Numbered from the stretch's first letter, positions 29,423 through 37,804 are shown. The stretch is 64,000 bases of DNA from an uncultured Acidobacteriota bacterium (GCA_963741955.1 CAVUKB010000010.1:128001-192000), one strand, 5' to 3'. Numbers and translations: made by a program. The notes: generated by a model from the letters alone, not told the origin.

Positions 29423-29843
29423 GTTTTCGATCCGGGTGGAGGCACACTTCGAAGCTGCGCATTTTCTGCGGAGCTATCACGGCGTGCCCGAGCCCCTGCA
29501 CGGTCATTCGTACCGGGTGGAAGCCGAGCTGGCGGCGGTGGAGGGAGGAATCGACGCGGAGTCCATCGCGGTCGACTTCATCTCAGCGGAGCGTCATCTG
29601 CAGGAGATCGCGCGGCGTCTCGACTACACCTGCATCAACGACGTGGCCCCCTTCACCGGGCTGAATCCATCCGCAGAGAACATCGCCGCGTGGTTTCATC
29701 GCGAGCTCACGGCTGCAGTCGTCGCGGAGCACGCGGAAGTCCGTGCGGTTGTCTTGTGGGAGGGGCCGTTTCACTCCGTCACGTACCGGCCCGGATCCGC
29801 ACGAGGGACGTCGAGGGAACGAGGAGCGGACGAACGGTCATAA
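29412..29843 (+). CDS. 6-pyruvoyltetrahydropterin synthase-family protein with a PTPS-III-type motif
   Basis: FEAAH, PEPLHGHSY, VDF, NPSAENIA, WEG; no Cys before HGH. Confidence 0.85.
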   Translation: MGAEFSIRVEAHFEAAHFLRSYHGVPEPLHGHSYRVEAELAAVEGGIDAESIAVDFISAERHLQEIARRLDYTCINDVAPFTGLNPSAENIAAWFHRELTAAVVAEHAEVRAVVLWEGPFHSVTYRPGSARGTSRERGADERS

Positions 29844-30323
29844 TTCGGGCTGCGGCTCCTGCAGTCTCGACGTGGTGAGAATGAAGTCGCAGCTCGAGGT
29901 CGCGATCAGCTTCTCGTCCGCATCGTGCATCTCGACGTATCCCACGCAGACCTTCGCACCCTTTTTGATGATGTGAGCGCTGGCGGTAATGCGGCTGCGG
30001 GCGCGTCGCAGGAAATGAATGCCGAGATTCGATGTCGCGAACCCCATCCGCCCATCGAAATTCGTCGACAGTGCGCAGGCCACGGCGGTGTCGGCGAGCA
30101 TCGAGAGCACTCCTCCGTGAATCGCGCCGCCCCCGTTGTCGAATCGCGGGAGGAACGAGATCGCCATCCGGCAGAAGTCGAGATCGAGATCGAGGATCTC
30201 GAAATCGAGGAAGGCGTAGATGGGATGGTCGCGAAACCGGTTGCGAAGACGCTCCGCCAGATCACGAGCCACTAATCCCTTCTGCTCCCGGGCGCGGTGG
30301 CTGGTCAGTTTTCGCTTTTCCAT
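29838..30323 (-). CDS. PaaI family hotdog-fold thioesterase
   Basis: NGGGAIHGGVLSMLADTA motif. Confidence 0.88.
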   Translation of the reverse strand: MEKRKLTSHRAREQKGLVARDLAERLRNRFRDHPIYAFLDFEILDLDLDFCRMAISFLPRFDNGGGAIHGGVLSMLADTAVACALSTNFDGRMGFATSNLGIHFLRRARSRITASAHIIKKGAKVCVGYVEMHDADEKLIATSSCDFILTTSRLQEPQPEL

Positions 30324-30412
30324 GGCTTCTCCTTTTCTTCAGCTCCTCGGCTTTGCCGGACCGGGTGCACGATTCTCTTCTTCTCTGCCCCGAACGGGTG
30401 AAAAATACGGGT

Positions 30413-31171
30413 GTGGAAACCGCGCTCGTGATCGGCACCATCGCCTCGGGGTTTCTTCTCGCGACGATCGTGATTGGTGTGGCGTCCTTCTGGCGCCGCC
30501 GATTCGATCGTGGAGAAGGAGCGCCACCTCCGAAGGAGCAGAGCCGCCTGGCCGGGTCCATCTTATTTCAGATCGTCAGGGCAGGAGGGGCGGACAGCGC
30601 CGAGTCGGCGAAGCTGATTCGCGAGGGGACGCTTCACGATCCCGACGGCGGTGAGCGCGCGGACGTCCGTTTGTGGGCGGAGCTTTACCGGGAAATGGTG
30701 AGCGTCGAAGCGCGCAGCGGACTGCTCGACGACGCGGTGCGGCTCGCGGTCGTTCAGAACTCGACCATCCCCGTGGAGCAGTACGACAAGCTGCTCGACC
30801 TCTCGTTCGGTCTCGGATTTCAGACCGACGCGCTTGCCCGTCTCCGGGCGCGATACCGGTTCAGCTACCTGGATCACGCCCACTCCCGTCCGCGGCATGC
30901 TGGAGGGCGGGGGCGTCCGGAGCGGTCATCCGGCAAGCGAAAAGGGGGAGAGTCGTCGGCGCTCGCGACGTTCGGAATTCGCCCGCCGTTCAGCCGTAAA
31001 TCACTGATTTCGCAGTATCGTTCGCTCGCCGCGCAATGCCATCCGGACAAGGTGCACGCGGGGTCTCTCGAGGAGCAGGAGAGCTCGACTCGGAGATTCA
31101 TCGAGATCACGGAAGCGTACGAGATCCTGCTGCCGCTCTGCGAGGAGATTGAAACCGGCGACGAGGCGTGA
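30413..31171 (+). CDS. DjlA-like membrane-anchored J-domain co-chaperone
   Basis: N-terminal TM, helical middle domain, C-terminal J domain YRSLAAQCHPDKV..FIEITEAYEIL; GTG start uncertain. Confidence 0.75.
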   Translation: METALVIGTIASGFLLATIVIGVASFWRRRFDRGEGAPPPKEQSRLAGSILFQIVRAGGADSAESAKLIREGTLHDPDGGERADVRLWAELYREMVSVEARSGLLDDAVRLAVVQNSTIPVEQYDKLLDLSFGLGFQTDALARLRARYRFSYLDHAHSRPRHAGGRGRPERSSGKRKGGESSALATFGIRPPFSRKSLISQYRSLAAQCHPDKVHAGSLEEQESSTRRFIEITEAYEILLPLCEEIETGDEA

Positions 31172-31265
31172 TACTCTTCTGCCGTTGTTGGAATTTCGGA
31201 TGTTTTCAGTTTGTTAACCGCATTCTTCCCGAACGAATCTCCACCCACAGACGTATACTTTGAGG

Positions 31266-31292
31266 TGTAACCTTCTGGTGGACACCGTCGTC
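31266..31292 (+). promoter_or_regulatory. ECF-type promoter (TGTAAC-N17-CGTC), probably autoregulatory
   Basis: tgtaac cttctggtggacaccgt cgtc with canonical AAC-N17-CGT spacing, upstream of an ECF sigma gene. Confidence 0.6.
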
Positions 31293-31509
31293 TCTATCTC
31301 AGGACACCGGGGCGGCGGAGGATTCGTTCTGACGAAGTGGGCGACTTCAGTTTGTCCGGAAGCCAAACACCACGGAATGAAGAACTTCTGATCGAATTGT
31401 CCGCGCTCGGCAGGGCGCGGAAAACGTCACGTATCAAAGCGGCCACGCGGCACGACTTATGAAGCAAATCTTGGCTGGGGCGGCATACAGGCCGCACCGG
31501 GGAGAGACG

Positions 31510-32286
31510 ATGAAGAGTGCAGAAGCATACGAGCACGAGCAGGGTTGGAACTTCGAAAAAGCGGCGATGCCGTACGTCGACTCCCTGTACAACACGGCCT
31601 ACCGGATGACTCGCAATGCCGAGGACGCCGAAGATCTGGTCCAGGAGACCTATCTGAAGGCGTACAAGTACTACGACAAGTTCGAAGAAGGTACGAATTT
31701 CAAGGCGTGGCTCTTCAAGATCATGAAGAACACGTTCATCAACAACTACCGGAAGAAGAAACTCACTCCGCACAAGATCGACTTCTCGGAGATCGAAGAG
31801 TCGTACGAGCGCGTGATCCAGAAGAGCGCGCCGGATCTGATCAAAGATCCGGAGAGCGAGATCTTCCAGGACATGATGGATGAGGACGTGAAGCGTGCGG
31901 TCGATTCGCTGCCGCACGACTACAAGATGGTCGTGCTTCTCGCCGACATCGAAGGGTTCTCGTACAAAGAGATTGCCGAAATTCTCGACTGCCCGGTCGG
32001 TACGGTGATGTCGCGGCTCTACCGGGGACGCAAGATGCTGGAGCGGACGCTGCTCGAGTATGCTCGGAAATACGGTTACATCCGTGGTGCCGAGCCGGCG
32101 AAGATGCGTTCCCGCAAGGACGAGCTGAAGAAGAAGAGTAAGGGCAGCAGTCCCACGACGGAAGAGATCGAAGAGCCGGTCGAAACGGATGACGACGACA
32201 TCCGGATCCTCGGGGGAGAAGACTCCGAAGAGTTCGAATTCGAGCTCGCCGATGAGGAAGAGGAAGAGGAATTCGACCTCGAATAG
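31510..32286 (+). CDS. ECF sigma factor (SigH/SigR-like) with a basic then highly acidic C-terminal tail
   Basis: DSLYNTAYRMTRNAEDAEDLVQETYLKAY, GTNFKAWL, GFSYKEIAEILDCPVGTVMSRLYRGR; GGAG RBS. Confidence 0.93.
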   Translation: MKSAEAYEHEQGWNFEKAAMPYVDSLYNTAYRMTRNAEDAEDLVQETYLKAYKYYDKFEEGTNFKAWLFKIMKNTFINNYRKKKLTPHKIDFSEIEESYERVIQKSAPDLIKDPESEIFQDMMDEDVKRAVDSLPHDYKMVVLLADIEGFSYKEIAEILDCPVGTVMSRLYRGRKMLERTLLEYARKYGYIRGAEPAKMRSRKDELKKKSKGSSPTTEEIEEPVETDDDDIRILGGEDSEEFEFELADEEEEEEFDLE

Positions 32287-32301
32287 GGCCGTTGTGGCTC
32301 G

Positions 32302-32589
32302 ATGAGCATCGCCACTGAAACAACGGAAGGGAGAATGCCCATGACGTTGATCTGTGACGAGGTGAAGCGAGTCGCATACTTCTACCTCGATGGTCAGCTC
32401 GGCAGGAACAAGACGGACGACTTCGCGAGCCATCTGAAGGCTTGCGGCGATTGTGACGGCAGGATCGTGATCCATCAGCGACTTCGGCGCCTGGTTCAGC
32501 ATCGGCTCGCCAGGAGCATCGCCCCGACACCCCTGAAGGACCGCGTTCGCCAGATCTGCCGGTCGGGAGCTCTCGCTCGCCCATCGTGA
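32302..32589 (+). CDS. Zinc-binding anti-sigma factor (zf-HC2, RshA/RsrA-like)
   Basis: C..YLDG...HLKACGDC (HxxxCxxC), directly after the ECF gene, soluble. Confidence 0.88.
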   Translation: MSIATETTEGRMPMTLICDEVKRVAYFYLDGQLGRNKTDDFASHLKACGDCDGRIVIHQRLRRLVQHRLARSIAPTPLKDRVRQICRSGALARPS

Positions 32590-33164
32590 CGCGACAACTC
32601 GTCCTGGCGACGTCGAATCCGAACAAAGCGCTCGAAGCCGAACGCATTCTGAGGATTCCTCTTCTCCACGTCGCCGCATCCCTCCCCGAGATCCAGGCCG
32701 CAACGGTCGAAGAGATCACTCGACACAAGCTCGAAGTCGCCCGAAGCCTCGGGTACGATTGCCTCATTGTCGAGGATGTATCGCTCGGGTTCGATGAGCT
32801 GGGTAACTTTCCCGGTCCCTATGTACGCTGGCTGCTCGAAGCCGCAGGGGGAAAGGGGCTCGGCGCGATCGCGTTCGCCCTTCGCGATCGTTCCGCACTC
32901 GCTCAGTGCTGTCTCGGTTACTGGAACGGCCGCGACGTGATCACGTTCCTCGGCGAGACGCGGGGAGAGATTCTGGTCGAGCCGCGGGGAACGAAGAACT
33001 TCGGATGGGATCCGTGGTTCCTGCCGGCGGACGAGGAACAGACGTACGCGGAGCTCCCTCCGGAGCGAAAGGACCGGATATCGCACCGGGGACGCGCGTA
33101 CCGCCGGTTTCTCGAATACCTCCGGGAGTCGGAACCTGACCTCTTCGATGGACAGTCTCGCTGA
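32586..33164 (+). CDS. Non-canonical purine NTP pyrophosphatase (HAM1/ITPase family)
   Basis: ATSNPNK, LPEIQ, EDVSL, PGPY, FGWDP, SHRGRA. Confidence 0.92.
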   Translation: MTRQLVLATSNPNKALEAERILRIPLLHVAASLPEIQAATVEEITRHKLEVARSLGYDCLIVEDVSLGFDELGNFPGPYVRWLLEAAGGKGLGAIAFALRDRSALAQCCLGYWNGRDVITFLGETRGEILVEPRGTKNFGWDPWFLPADEEQTYAELPPERKDRISHRGRAYRRFLEYLRESEPDLFDGQSR

Positions 33165-33322
33165 CCCGAGGACAGTCGCTCAACGGCTCAGATTCCCGTG
33201 ACCAATCTAACTCGTTCTTGGATTGGTAGTTATGCCGATGCTGAATCGGCTGGTACCTGGCAGGACCCTTGAAGTTCACTCCAGTACGGAAGTCGACGAG
33301 ACGACCGGGAAAGGAGTTTGGC

Positions 33323-33505
33323 ATGTGGGTTTTCGATGGAGAAAAATGGGAACAGGACGACGGTCCTTCGCGACGGGAAACAGACCGTGCGCAGGGAGCC
33401 GATGACCGGAACAATGAGGGTCCCTTCCCCGAGTTGCAGATCGTCGAAATTCCTCTCAAGCCGCAGCACGACAACTGCCCGCCGTTTCCTTTTCCTCTTC
33501 CCTAG
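33323..33505 (+). CDS. Small hypothetical protein (60 aa, MWVFDGEKW...PPFPFPLP)
   Basis: Strong AAGGAG RBS before ATG 33323; its TAG stop lies in the CTAG end of the adjacent repeat element. Confidence 0.55.
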   Translation: MWVFDGEKWEQDDGPSRRETDRAQGADDRNNEGPFPELQIVEIPLKPQHDNCPPFPFPLP

Positions 33506-33686
33506 CCCGCATTTCTCACAACGTCTCCGCTGCGGAGACGGATAGAGGCCTGTCTACTACGTTGCGCACATCTTCGGCTCCTCAACATAGTCACTACTAT
33601 GCCTTCGTCGCCGAAGCTGCGCGCGCCTTGCATCCAGGCCACTCTCCGCCTCCTCGCGACGAGACGGTGTGAGAAATGCGGGCTAG
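33502..33686. mobile_element. MITE-like element, 185 bp, with 26-bp terminal inverted repeats beginning and ending in CTAG
   Basis: Left ctagcccgcatttctcacaacgtctc; right gagacggtgtgagaaatgcgggctag (25/26 match); further nested internal inverted repeats; no ORF. Confidence 0.75.
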
Positions 33687-33718
33687 CCGGAGCGAACCGA
33701 AGAAGGTTCGACTCCGGC
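33686..33718. terminator. Hairpin between convergent genes
   Basis: gccggag-cgaacc-gaagaa-ggttcg-a-ctccggc. Confidence 0.4.
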
Positions 33719-33741
33719 TCCCTTCCTGACTTCATCCCCCT

Positions 33742-34569
33742 TCACCCCGCCAGTGTCGCGTACGTTTCCAGGTGATGGAAGATCAGCCGGTGCATCAACT
33801 GCGGCGCGACCGCGAGCAGCCGATCGGCGTGGTAGCAACCTGGAATGTCGAGCAGATGGAGCGACTTCGGCTCGTTCGCACGCTGAAACAACGCGATCGA
33901 ATGGCGATGCCCGACCAGCCAGTCGTTTCGCGCGTGGATCAAAGTGATCGGGACTCGAACGCTGGCGACGTCCTCCAGTGCGGAGAGACGGTCGCCTCGC
34001 CAGATCTGCCATTCGAAGCGGGGATGGCGCAAGGCCTGGCCGAGAGAAACGTGTCGATGAATCGTGAATGGATTGATCCGAGGCGAGATCATCGACATCG
34101 TGGCCACAGGCGAGACGAGGAGAAGCGACGACCAGGGGAGATCGTGCCGGACTACCGTGGAGATGGATACAGCGCCGCCGAAGGAAAAACCGAGCAGGGT
34201 GACGGTTCGAGTCGCAGTCGAAGCGAGGAGCGATTCCGTCACGGCCGTGACGTCGAGGTGCTCGTGGCGGTTGAATCCGAAGGTTCCTTGACTGTCGCCG
34301 TGACCCCGAAGATCGAGAATGGCGGCTCGGTATCCGGAGCGAACGAGGTGCGAGGCGAGTGAGCGGAGGGTTCCGTAATTGCGGTCTCGCCAGAATCCGG
34401 GAACAATCAGGACCGTGTGCGGTGAGTCGGCCTCATAGACGTCGAAAGCGATGGAAATGCCGTCCGCAGAGCTCGTCAGGCTCGTCAGTACGGTCGTGGC
34501 TGCCGGGGAAGGGTCAGGGCTCGCAGCCTTTGTCCTTGACAACTCTCGACTCACCTCTAATATATACAT
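33742..34569 (-). CDS. Alpha/beta hydrolase
   Basis: DLRGHGDS, GFSFGG nucleophile elbow, HARNDWLV, YHAD; start uncertain. Confidence 0.85.
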   Translation of the reverse strand: MYILEVSRELSRTKAASPDPSPAATTVLTSLTSSADGISIAFDVYEADSPHTVLIVPGFWRDRNYGTLRSLASHLVRSGYRAAILDLRGHGDSQGTFGFNRHEHLDVTAVTESLLASTATRTVTLLGFSFGGAVSISTVVRHDLPWSSLLLVSPVATMSMISPRINPFTIHRHVSLGQALRHPRFEWQIWRGDRLSALEDVASVRVPITLIHARNDWLVGHRHSIALFQRANEPKSLHLLDIPGCYHADRLLAVAPQLMHRLIFHHLETYATLAG

Positions 34570-34865
34570 CGGTTTCCCCGTGCCACACCCGCGCGGCCGG
34601 TACGTCGCAGTCTCCGCGCCACATCGCCCCCGGAAGCACCGAGCGGGGTCAGGACAGCAGATACCCCTCAGATTCCGGGCCGAACGTGATATGGTAGCGA
34701 TTCCGACGTTCGTGGACTTTAGTCAACTAGCTCTCGGAATTCGTTGGATTTCGAAAAGTGAATACGAAGTGAGGTGATTGAGGCAACCCATCAACACGAT
34801 CGTTCCGTCGATTTCAAACGAACTTTCGAAGAACAGGCAATAACCTGAAGAAGGAGAGATTACCC

Positions 34866-35123
34866 ATGAAGAAGTCGTTCATTCTCGCACTGGTCACGCT
34901 GTTCGCCGTCGCAATGCTCGCGGTCGGCTGCAAGAAACAGGAAACCATCGTCACCGACACCGCCGCGACCGACACCACCATGACCAGCAGCGATACCGGC
35001 ATGACGGACACCGCGATGTCGACCGACACCACGATGACCGATACCACGATGACCGATACCACGATGACCGATACCACGATGACCGATACCACGATGACCG
35101 ACACCACGGGTACCCAGCAGTAA
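34866..35123 (+). CDS. Small Thr/Asp/Met-rich repetitive lipoprotein
   Basis: AAGGAG RBS, MKK signal peptide, lipobox LAVGC, (TDTTM)n body, downstream intrinsic terminator. Confidence 0.85.
   Translation: MKKSFILALVTLFAVAMLAVGCKKQETIVTDTAATDTTMTSSDTGMTDTAMSTDTTMTDTTMTDTTMTDTTMTDTTMTDTTGTQQ
35022..35111 (+). repeat. 15-bp coding tandem repeat ACCGA(T/C)ACCACGATG, six units
   Basis: Four identical copies at 35037-35096 flanked by two variant copies. Confidence 0.95.
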
Positions 35124-35143
35124 GTTCTGGGTGAAGCCATTTC

Positions 35144-35176
35144 AGCGCTCCGCCTTTCCGGCGGAGCGCTTTTTTT
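35144..35176 (+). terminator. Rho-independent terminator
   Basis: agcgctccgcc-tttcc-ggcggagcgct followed by a T run. Confidence 0.9.
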
Positions 35177-35177
35177 A

Positions 35178-35192
35178 TGGCATCTCGATTGC
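35178..35192 (+). promoter_or_regulatory. Candidate sigma-54 promoter TGGCAT-N5-TTGC
   Basis: tggcatctcgattgc, 20 nt upstream of ATG 35213. Confidence 0.55.
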
Positions 35193-35212
35193 TCGACGAT
35201 TCCGCCGGGAAC

Positions 35213-35539
35213 ATGGGGCGAAAAACGGACAAACCCATCTCTTTCGTGCTGGTTGCTCTGGCGGTGTCGCTCTCGGCTTGTACCCGCACCGAACCTGCTG
35301 CGGTCGACACCGCTTCGACTCCTGCCAGTTCGGCGGAGAGCTCCTCGACCGCCGGTCGCGCGAGCGACGGCGGCCTGGTCTCCGGCGTCCCCCGTTCCAC
35401 TGTCACCACGCTGCTCGCTCCGGAGAACACCACTGACGTGACGACGACGTCCGGAGTACCGGAGGGGAAGACTCCGGGATCGACGCCGAAGACGACGACG
35501 GCAACGGGGTCTCCGGACGAGGATACCGGCGTCGACTGA
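35213..35539 (+). CDS. Ser/Thr/Pro-rich low-complexity lipoprotein
   Basis: Hydrophobic core and lipobox LSAC, followed by a disordered S/T-rich sequence. Confidence 0.7.
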   Translation: MGRKTDKPISFVLVALAVSLSACTRTEPAAVDTASTPASSAESSSTAGRASDGGLVSGVPRSTVTTLLAPENTTDVTTTSGVPEGKTPGSTPKTTTATGSPDEDTGVD

Positions 35540-35571
35540 CGCGGTTGCGATCCGGCCGAGGCGCAGTCGAT

Positions 35572-36198
35572 TCAGCGATTCGGCTGCGAGAGGGTTCTCA
35601 GATCCCGGCGGAGACTCTCGAGCACCGCATCGACCTCACTCTCGGTCTGCTTCCGATCTCCATCGTTCCGGATGATGTAGTCGGCGAGCCGGAGTCGTTC
35701 GCCCCGTGACATCTGCCGCTCCATCCGCCGCACGACTTCTTCTCTCTTCATCCCGCGCTCGACGCCGCGACGGATCTGTAAGTCGGGATCGACGTCGACG
35801 ACGACGATGCGGTCGTAGCGATTCCTTCCGCCCGATTCGAGCAGCAGAGTGGCTTCGACCACCGCGATACGGTCCCGCGGGTCGGATTCCAGCTCCCGGA
35901 GGATCTCGGATTCGCGAGCGATCACCAGAGGATGGATCAGCGCGTTCAGCATCGCCGCGCCTTCCGGAGTCGAAAGCGCACGCGCGGAAAGCACCTCGCG
36001 GTCGATCTCCCCATTCACGGCGAGGACATCCCTTCCGAAGGCCCCCACGATCGCTCGGTATCCGGGCTCGCCAGCACGGTAGAGATCAGCAACGACCCGA
36101 TCGGCGTCGAACACGTCGCAGCCGCGCGCGGCGAACATCGCGGCGACGGTGCTCTTTCCCGACGCGATCCCTCCGGTGAGGCCGACCCGGAGGATCAC
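35572..36198 (-). CDS. coaE: Dephospho-CoA kinase
   Basis: VGLTGGIASGKSTV, DAD, IDR, HPLV, IRNDG; GTGA overlap with folD. Confidence 0.95.
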   Translation of the reverse strand: MILRVGLTGGIASGKSTVAAMFAARGCDVFDADRVVADLYRAGEPGYRAIVGAFGRDVLAVNGEIDREVLSARALSTPEGAAMLNALIHPLVIARESEILRELESDPRDRIAVVEATLLLESGGRNRYDRIVVVDVDPDLQIRRGVERGMKREEVVRRMERQMSRGERLRLADYIIRNDGDRKQTESEVDAVLESLRRDLRTLSQPNR

Positions 36199-37115
36199 CG
36201 CCGGCGCGCCTCGGCTGCACGGACGGTGTTCGCCATGAGCATGGCGATGGTCATCGGTCCGACGCCGCCCGGGACCGGTGTGATCCATCCGGCCACCTCG
36301 CTCGCACCGGGAAACGCGACGTCGCCCGCGAGCACGCGACCCTTTGCTTCGAGCGTCGAGAACTTCTTCGGATCCGCCGTTTTCAACAGCGAGGCCGCCG
36401 GAGTGCCGGGAAGAATCCTGTTCACTCCGACGTCGATCACGATCGCTCCGGGGCGGATCATCGATCGATCGATCAGCAGCGGACGCCCGACCGCGGCGAT
36501 CACGATCTCGCCCTCTCGAACCACGGCGCCGAGGTCGTGCGTTCGTGAATGACAGATGGTGACAGTCGCGTGCCGCGCGAGAAGGAGCGATGCGGCCGGC
36601 TTTCCCACGATGTCGCTCCGTCCCACCACCACGGCGCGTTTCCCGGAGATCGGCTCACCGGTCGATTCGATCAGGCGGATCACCCCCGCAGGCGTGCACG
36701 GGACGAGGGTGGTCTGTCCGAGATGGAGCCGGCCGACGTTCATCGGATGGAACCCGTCGACGTCCTTGGCCGGATCGATTGCCTCGATCATCGTTCGCGA
36801 ATCGAGATGGCCGGGAATCGGGAGCTGGAGGAGAATCCCGTCGATCTCGGGATCGGCATTGAGCCCGTGAATGACTGCGAGGAGATCTTCGGCGGAGATG
36901 GTCGCTTCGAGGTGTTTCTCTTCTCCGCGGATTCCCAACTCGTTCGCCTTCCGAACTTTGTTGCGGACGTAGATCTCGGATGCGGGATCCTCGCCGACGC
37001 GGACGGTGACCAGGGCGGGCTGGATGCCGCGCTCTCCGAGTCTGCCGATCGGCTCTTTCAGTTCCGCCTCGACTCGGGCGGCGACTGCGGTACCGTCGAT
37101 GATCCGGGCGCTCAT
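36195..37115 (-). CDS. folD: Methylenetetrahydrofolate dehydrogenase/cyclohydrolase
   Basis: IIDG, YVRNK, KDVDG, PCTPAG, GRSDIVGKP, TPVPGGVGPMT. Confidence 0.97.
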   Translation of the reverse strand: MSARIIDGTAVAARVEAELKEPIGRLGERGIQPALVTVRVGEDPASEIYVRNKVRKANELGIRGEEKHLEATISAEDLLAVIHGLNADPEIDGILLQLPIPGHLDSRTMIEAIDPAKDVDGFHPMNVGRLHLGQTTLVPCTPAGVIRLIESTGEPISGKRAVVVGRSDIVGKPAASLLLARHATVTICHSRTHDLGAVVREGEIVIAAVGRPLLIDRSMIRPGAIVIDVGVNRILPGTPAASLLKTADPKKFSTLEAKGRVLAGDVAFPGASEVAGWITPVPGGVGPMTIAMLMANTVRAAEARRR

Positions 37116-37804
37116 GGCTTCTCTCCTCGATAGAAGGTGACGATCCCTCCGCTCAATCGGGCGGCGGTGTTGTTCGAAAACCCGGCCTGCCGCATGAGGG
37201 CGAGGAACCGCTCGCCTTGCGGAAACTCTCCGACCGAGGCAGGGAGGTACTGGTAGGCTTCGCGCCGACCGGTGATCCATCCTCCGATGGCGGGGAGGAG
37301 CCTGTTCAGGTAGATCCGGTAGAAGGCATCGATCGGCCGCGCTGGTCTCGAGAACTCGAGAATGCCTGCGCCCCCTCCAGGCCGGAGAACGCGGAACATT
37401 TCGCGGAGCCCCGCGAGAGGATCGGCGAAGTTTCGGATTCCGAAGGCCACCGTGACCGCGTCGAATGAATCGCCGCGGAATGGAAGGGAGAGCGCGTCGG
37501 CCGAGATCTGAGGAGGCCGGGGGACGAACTGATCGAGTTTCGAGCGGCCGGCCACCAGCATCTCGAAAGTGAAATCCGCGGCCACCGGCCGGTGTTTGCC
37601 GAACCGGATCAGGTCGGCCGTCAGGTCGCCTGTCCCGGAAGCAAGGTCGAGAATCACTCCTCCCGGCCGGGGAAGAATCTGCCGGGCCACGCGCTTTCGC
37701 CATCCGACGTCGAACCGAAGCGACAGGACGTGGTTGGCCCGGTCGTATCGGGGGGCGATCGTGGCGAACATTCGCTGGATCCGACGGGGGTCCTTGTCGA
37801 TCAC
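37112..37804 (-). CDS. menG: Demethylmenaquinone methyltransferase (UbiE/MenG)
   Basis: MFATIAPRYDRANHVLS, LDLASGTGD, AFGIRN, LRPGG, YQYLPAS. Confidence 0.9.
   Translation of the reverse strand: MIDKDPRRIQRMFATIAPRYDRANHVLSLRFDVGWRKRVARQILPRPGGVILDLASGTGDLTADLIRFGKHRPVAADFTFEMLVAGRSKLDQFVPRPPQISADALSLPFRGDSFDAVTVAFGIRNFADPLAGLREMFRVLRPGGGAGILEFSRPARPIDAFYRIYLNRLLPAIGGWITGRREAYQYLPASVGEFPQGERFLALMRQAGFSNNTAARLSGGIVTFYRGEKP

Noticed and set aside
29412-29843. Assignment of the gene symbol queD
   Set aside because: The catalytic Cys of the C-x3-HGH motif is absent; the motif fits PTPS-III.
35022-35111. Tandem repeats as a possible CRISPR array
   Set aside because: 15-bp units without spacers, in frame within a lipoprotein; no cas genes.
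34814-35140. Minus-strand (VSVIV)n ORF
   Set aside because: Antisense of the TDTTM lipoprotein, which has the RBS, signal peptide and terminator.
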